DNA of 55,858 nucleotides from a virus (Duplodnaviria; Heunggongvirae; Uroviricota; Caudoviricetes): IMG/VR virus record IMGVR_UViG_2660237930_000002; one strand, 5' to 3'. Shown piece by piece: positions 53,477 to 55,858 of this stretch (position 1 is its first letter; each line of letters starts with the position of its first letter). The notes under the pieces were generated by a model. It saw only the letters and a program-made list of their open reading frames with translations, ran no database searches and was not told where the DNA came from. The position numbers and the translations under genes were made by a program.

Positions 53477-54991
53477 TCATGGGTTTATTGCGTCCCTGAA
53501 GATGACGTCGCTGACCATCTCTCCTCCAAGAAAATCGATCAACATATTCGAGTTTTCAAGGTCTTCTCTGGTCAATGCCCCGATTGCTTGTCCAACTACT
53601 ACCTCCCAAGGTTTTTTACACTCAACAATAGCACAGACGAGTTGGCGGATTTTCTTGATCTTCTTGTGACGCAATCGGTCGTTCGATTCCATTAGTTTTG
53701 CAATCAACGCTATGTCGGAGTGTGTTTGATTATCCTCAACCCATTTTTTGGCTGCGTCTACAAATTCCACCCATGTAACATTCATTACTGCAAGGCATGA
53801 ATCAGTCAAAAGAACATTTTCGATAGCGTAGCATCGTAAGCGATAGCGTTTAAGAGGTAGGCGATGTTCAAGCGACTCGTTGATTACACCATCGCCATCA
53901 CGAAGGGAAAAGGCGATTGGATTGTCATAGAGTGTACTAAGGAGGTCTACGCAAAAATCCTCAAGTTGACTCTGTTGATCTACGCTACCTGCTAGTACGG
54001 GAAAGATTTTTATTCGACCCTGTGATGTTCTGGCCGCTTGTTGCCAGACTCGTTCGTCGTCCTCTCCTTCCAAAATTAATGCAGCGTCTTCGCTAAGAGA
54101 AAGCGATAGGGGGTGCCCGAAGAATGGTGCAATCTTTCGAAGTTCATCGCTGGCCGGTATCAATGAGATTTCATTCACTGCAAAGCTCTTCGTGCCGATT
54201 GATACATATGGGGAGGCGGCAAGAGAACAGACGAGCGGGGAACTATGGGTGGATAAGCATATGGCAATACTGTTCGCGTGTGTTCTAAATTCGTCGAGCA
54301 TACTGATTATCAGCTTGCCCAGTCTAGCTTGGAGGTCGGGGTGCAGATGTACATCAGGCTCATCGAGGAGGAGTACGTTGAATTTCTCCGGATCTATTGT
54401 GTCGAAGAAATAGATGATTTCCGCGGCTAATGCAACCGCTTCCGATTCACCGCTACTGATTTGGGCCGGATCAATAATCTGACCATCTACAAGTGATCGA
54501 AACTCATAATCGACATTACCCATCTCGAGCGAAATGTTAGTGAGAAGCTGATTAATTTTACTTAATCGGTCTGTCTGAAAGTTTCGCGTTAGATCAGTTC
54601 GAATTTCCGGAGTATTGGCAAGTCGACGTAAGTAAAGCGTCTCGGCCTCGCGAAATAGCATAGCCGATGCAGCTTTGAAGTTGCTTGCCTGATTAACTGC
54701 CCGAGTGTGCCTCAGCCATTCGGGGTTGTCGCTCATATTTGTGAGGACGGTGCCATCACGCTTGAACGATCCTGCTCGCTCTGGACTTACATACCGGACA
54801 TAAAATTGCTGCTTGTTCTGGCTGATTGTTTGTTCGATATCACGAAGGAAACGACTTTTTCCCGCACCGTTTCGGCCCATAATTATGTTGATGTTGTTTA
54901 AGCCGTAAAGTCGGCCAATTTGGCTAGATAACTCGCTTACTTTCAAGATTGTAACTCCATTTTTTGTTGCCACATACGATATCAAATACAC
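53477..54991 (-). CDS. OLD-family-like ABC ATPase with C-terminal Toprim-like domain (anti-phage defence candidate)
   Basis: Walker A GRNGAGKS, ABC signature-like SSGESE, Walker B LLLDEPDVHLHP, then ILEGEDDERVW and RDGDG (Toprim-like E and DxD); probable GTG start. Confidence 0.6.
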   Translation of the reverse strand: MYLISYVATKNGVTILKVSELSSQIGRLYGLNNINIIMGRNGAGKSRFLRDIEQTISQNKQQFYVRYVSPERAGSFKRDGTVLTNMSDNPEWLRHTRAVNQASNFKAASAMLFREAETLYLRRLANTPEIRTDLTRNFQTDRLSKINQLLTNISLEMGNVDYEFRSLVDGQIIDPAQISSGESEAVALAAEIIYFFDTIDPEKFNVLLLDEPDVHLHPDLQARLGKLIISMLDEFRTHANSIAICLSTHSSPLVCSLAASPYVSIGTKSFAVNEISLIPASDELRKIAPFFGHPLSLSLSEDAALILEGEDDERVWQQAARTSQGRIKIFPVLAGSVDQQSQLEDFCVDLLSTLYDNPIAFSLRDGDGVINESLEHRLPLKRYRLRCYAIENVLLTDSCLAVMNVTWVEFVDAAKKWVEDNQTHSDIALIAKLMESNDRLRHKKIKKIRQLVCAIVECKKPWEVVVGQAIGALTREDLENSNMLIDFLGGEMVSDVIFRDAINP

Positions 54992-55211
54992 TAACTGAAT
55001 AGGTGCGTTGATGCCTCATTTTGTTCACATCTATGTTGAAATTAGTGATGTGACCGAGCTAAGGACTCTATTAGGAGTAGAGCGGCCATATTGTTCGTCT
55101 GAACAGCCTGTAGACAGCTCTATTATTGAGACATGGTATTTTTCGTGGTATCTGCTAAGTGGTTTGTTTCAATGCATTGATTTATTTATATTTTATTTTC
55201 TCATTGATAGC

Positions 55212-55226
55212 TGAGTGGGAATGATT
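55212..55226. repeat. attR core (TGAGTGGGAATGATT)
   Basis: Identical to 13276-13290. Confidence 0.8.
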
Positions 55227-55252
55227 TTGATCCCTGCACTATGAATGAACAA

Positions 55253-55281
55253 AACCCTCTGTTACTACAGAGGGTTTTTTA
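55253..55281 (+). terminator. Native guaA rho-independent terminator, displaced to the right prophage flank
   Basis: aaccctctg-ttactaca-cagagggtt then TTTTTT. Confidence 0.7.
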
Positions 55282-55318
55282 TCTTCAAGAATTATAGGCT
55301 TGAAGTTACTTACATCGA

Positions 55319-55858
55319 TTAATTAAACCAGCTGTCCGATTTGTTCTCTTCTGCTTTACCCACGCTTTTCATCAGATCGCGACCGCCTTCAGTCATATTT
55401 CTGTTTGCGTCAGCTTCAGATTGCACCACATCGGTTTGCGCAGCTTTGTGCTTCAGTTCCTGATCGATAAATTCGTTTTCGCGCTTGACGCGGGCTTCTT
55501 CTTTCGCCAGCGCCAGTTTTTGTTTCTGAATCTCTAAGCTACGTAGCTCATCTTCATAACTTTGATCGCGTTTTTTGTCCGCAGTGGCTTCGGCGTCCAG
55601 TTTATCCTGACGAGCTTTCTTATTCGCTGCTGCCGTTGCCGCTCTTTTATTAGCCGCGGCCTGGGCGTTTGCGCGACGTTGCTTCTCTTGCTGGATTTCC
55701 CTGTTGCGCTCCGCGACCCATTCGTCATGCTGCCTTTGCTCTTCATTTTTACCTTGCTGTTCCGCTTCTGCGACAGCCGAGAGTTGATCCTGCAATGATG
55801 AGGCGATAGCCGGATAGCTTAAGGAGGCTAAGATGGCGCAAAGAAAAACTTTCTTCAT
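55319..55858 (-). CDS. yfgI: Secreted coiled-coil protein, YfgI-like (179 aa)
   Basis: Signal peptide MKKVFLCAILASLSYPAIA; Ala/Lys/Glu/Gln-rich mature region; position next to guaA as recalled for E. coli K-12. Confidence 0.5.
   Translation of the reverse strand: MKKVFLCAILASLSYPAIASSLQDQLSAVAEAEQQGKNEEQRQHDEWVAERNREIQQEKQRRANAQAAANKRAATAAANKKARQDKLDAEATADKKRDQSYEDELRSLEIQKQKLALAKEEARVKRENEFIDQELKHKAAQTDVVQSEADANRNMTEGGRDLMKSVGKAEENKSDSWFN

Larger units (their letters stand above)
13276..55226. mobile_element. Integrated prophage (~41.9 kb) in the 3' end of guaA; lambdoid early region plus T7/epsilon15-like podovirus virion module
   Basis: Integrase next to the guaA stop; 15-bp direct repeat at both ends; contiguous phage gene content (int, xis, recT, repressor/cro, O/P, terminase, portal, capsid, internal virion proteins, tailspike, lysis). 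Confidence 0.9.

Noticed and set aside
55008-55214. 68-aa plus-strand ORF ending at attR
   Set aside because: AT-rich, no RBS, low-complexity hydrophobic composition; likely non-coding phage-end sequence

Overview
Enterobacterial (E. coli-like) chromosomal segment carrying a ~42-kb prophage inserted at the 3' end of guaA. All calls are made by eye from the sequence and ORF track; no database search was run. (1) 1-8.3 kb: one very large repetitive surface-protein gene (RatA/RatB-like), broken into 5 ORFs. (2) 8.4-13.3 kb: xseA (-), guaB (+) and guaA (+); xseA and guaB are disrupted by many short tandem duplications that look like assembly artefacts, while guaA is intact. (3) 13,276-55,226: prophage bounded by a 15-bp direct repeat (TGAGTGGGAATGATT). 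It has a lambdoid early region (integrase, AlpA-like excisionase, RecT plus nuclease, two-HTH repressor divergent from a Cro-like gene, lambda O/P-like replication genes) and a T7/epsilon15-like podovirus virion module, with the lysis cassette placed after the tailspike. (4) Accessory content: MT-A70 methyltransferase, a phage tRNA-Arg(UCU), a small membrane peptide plus lipoprotein moron, a BRO-type antirepressor module, and an AT-rich right-end block. (5) 55.3-55.9 kb: a yfgI-like host gene. The two most interesting signals are a perfect palindrome TTACC-N5-GGTAA found 8 times, only in prophage intergenic regions, and the right-end block (52.2-55.0 kb) holding an OLD-like ATPase-Toprim protein, a transposase remnant and a membrane-anchored receiver-domain protein, which is a candidate, possibly decayed, anti-phage defence locus.
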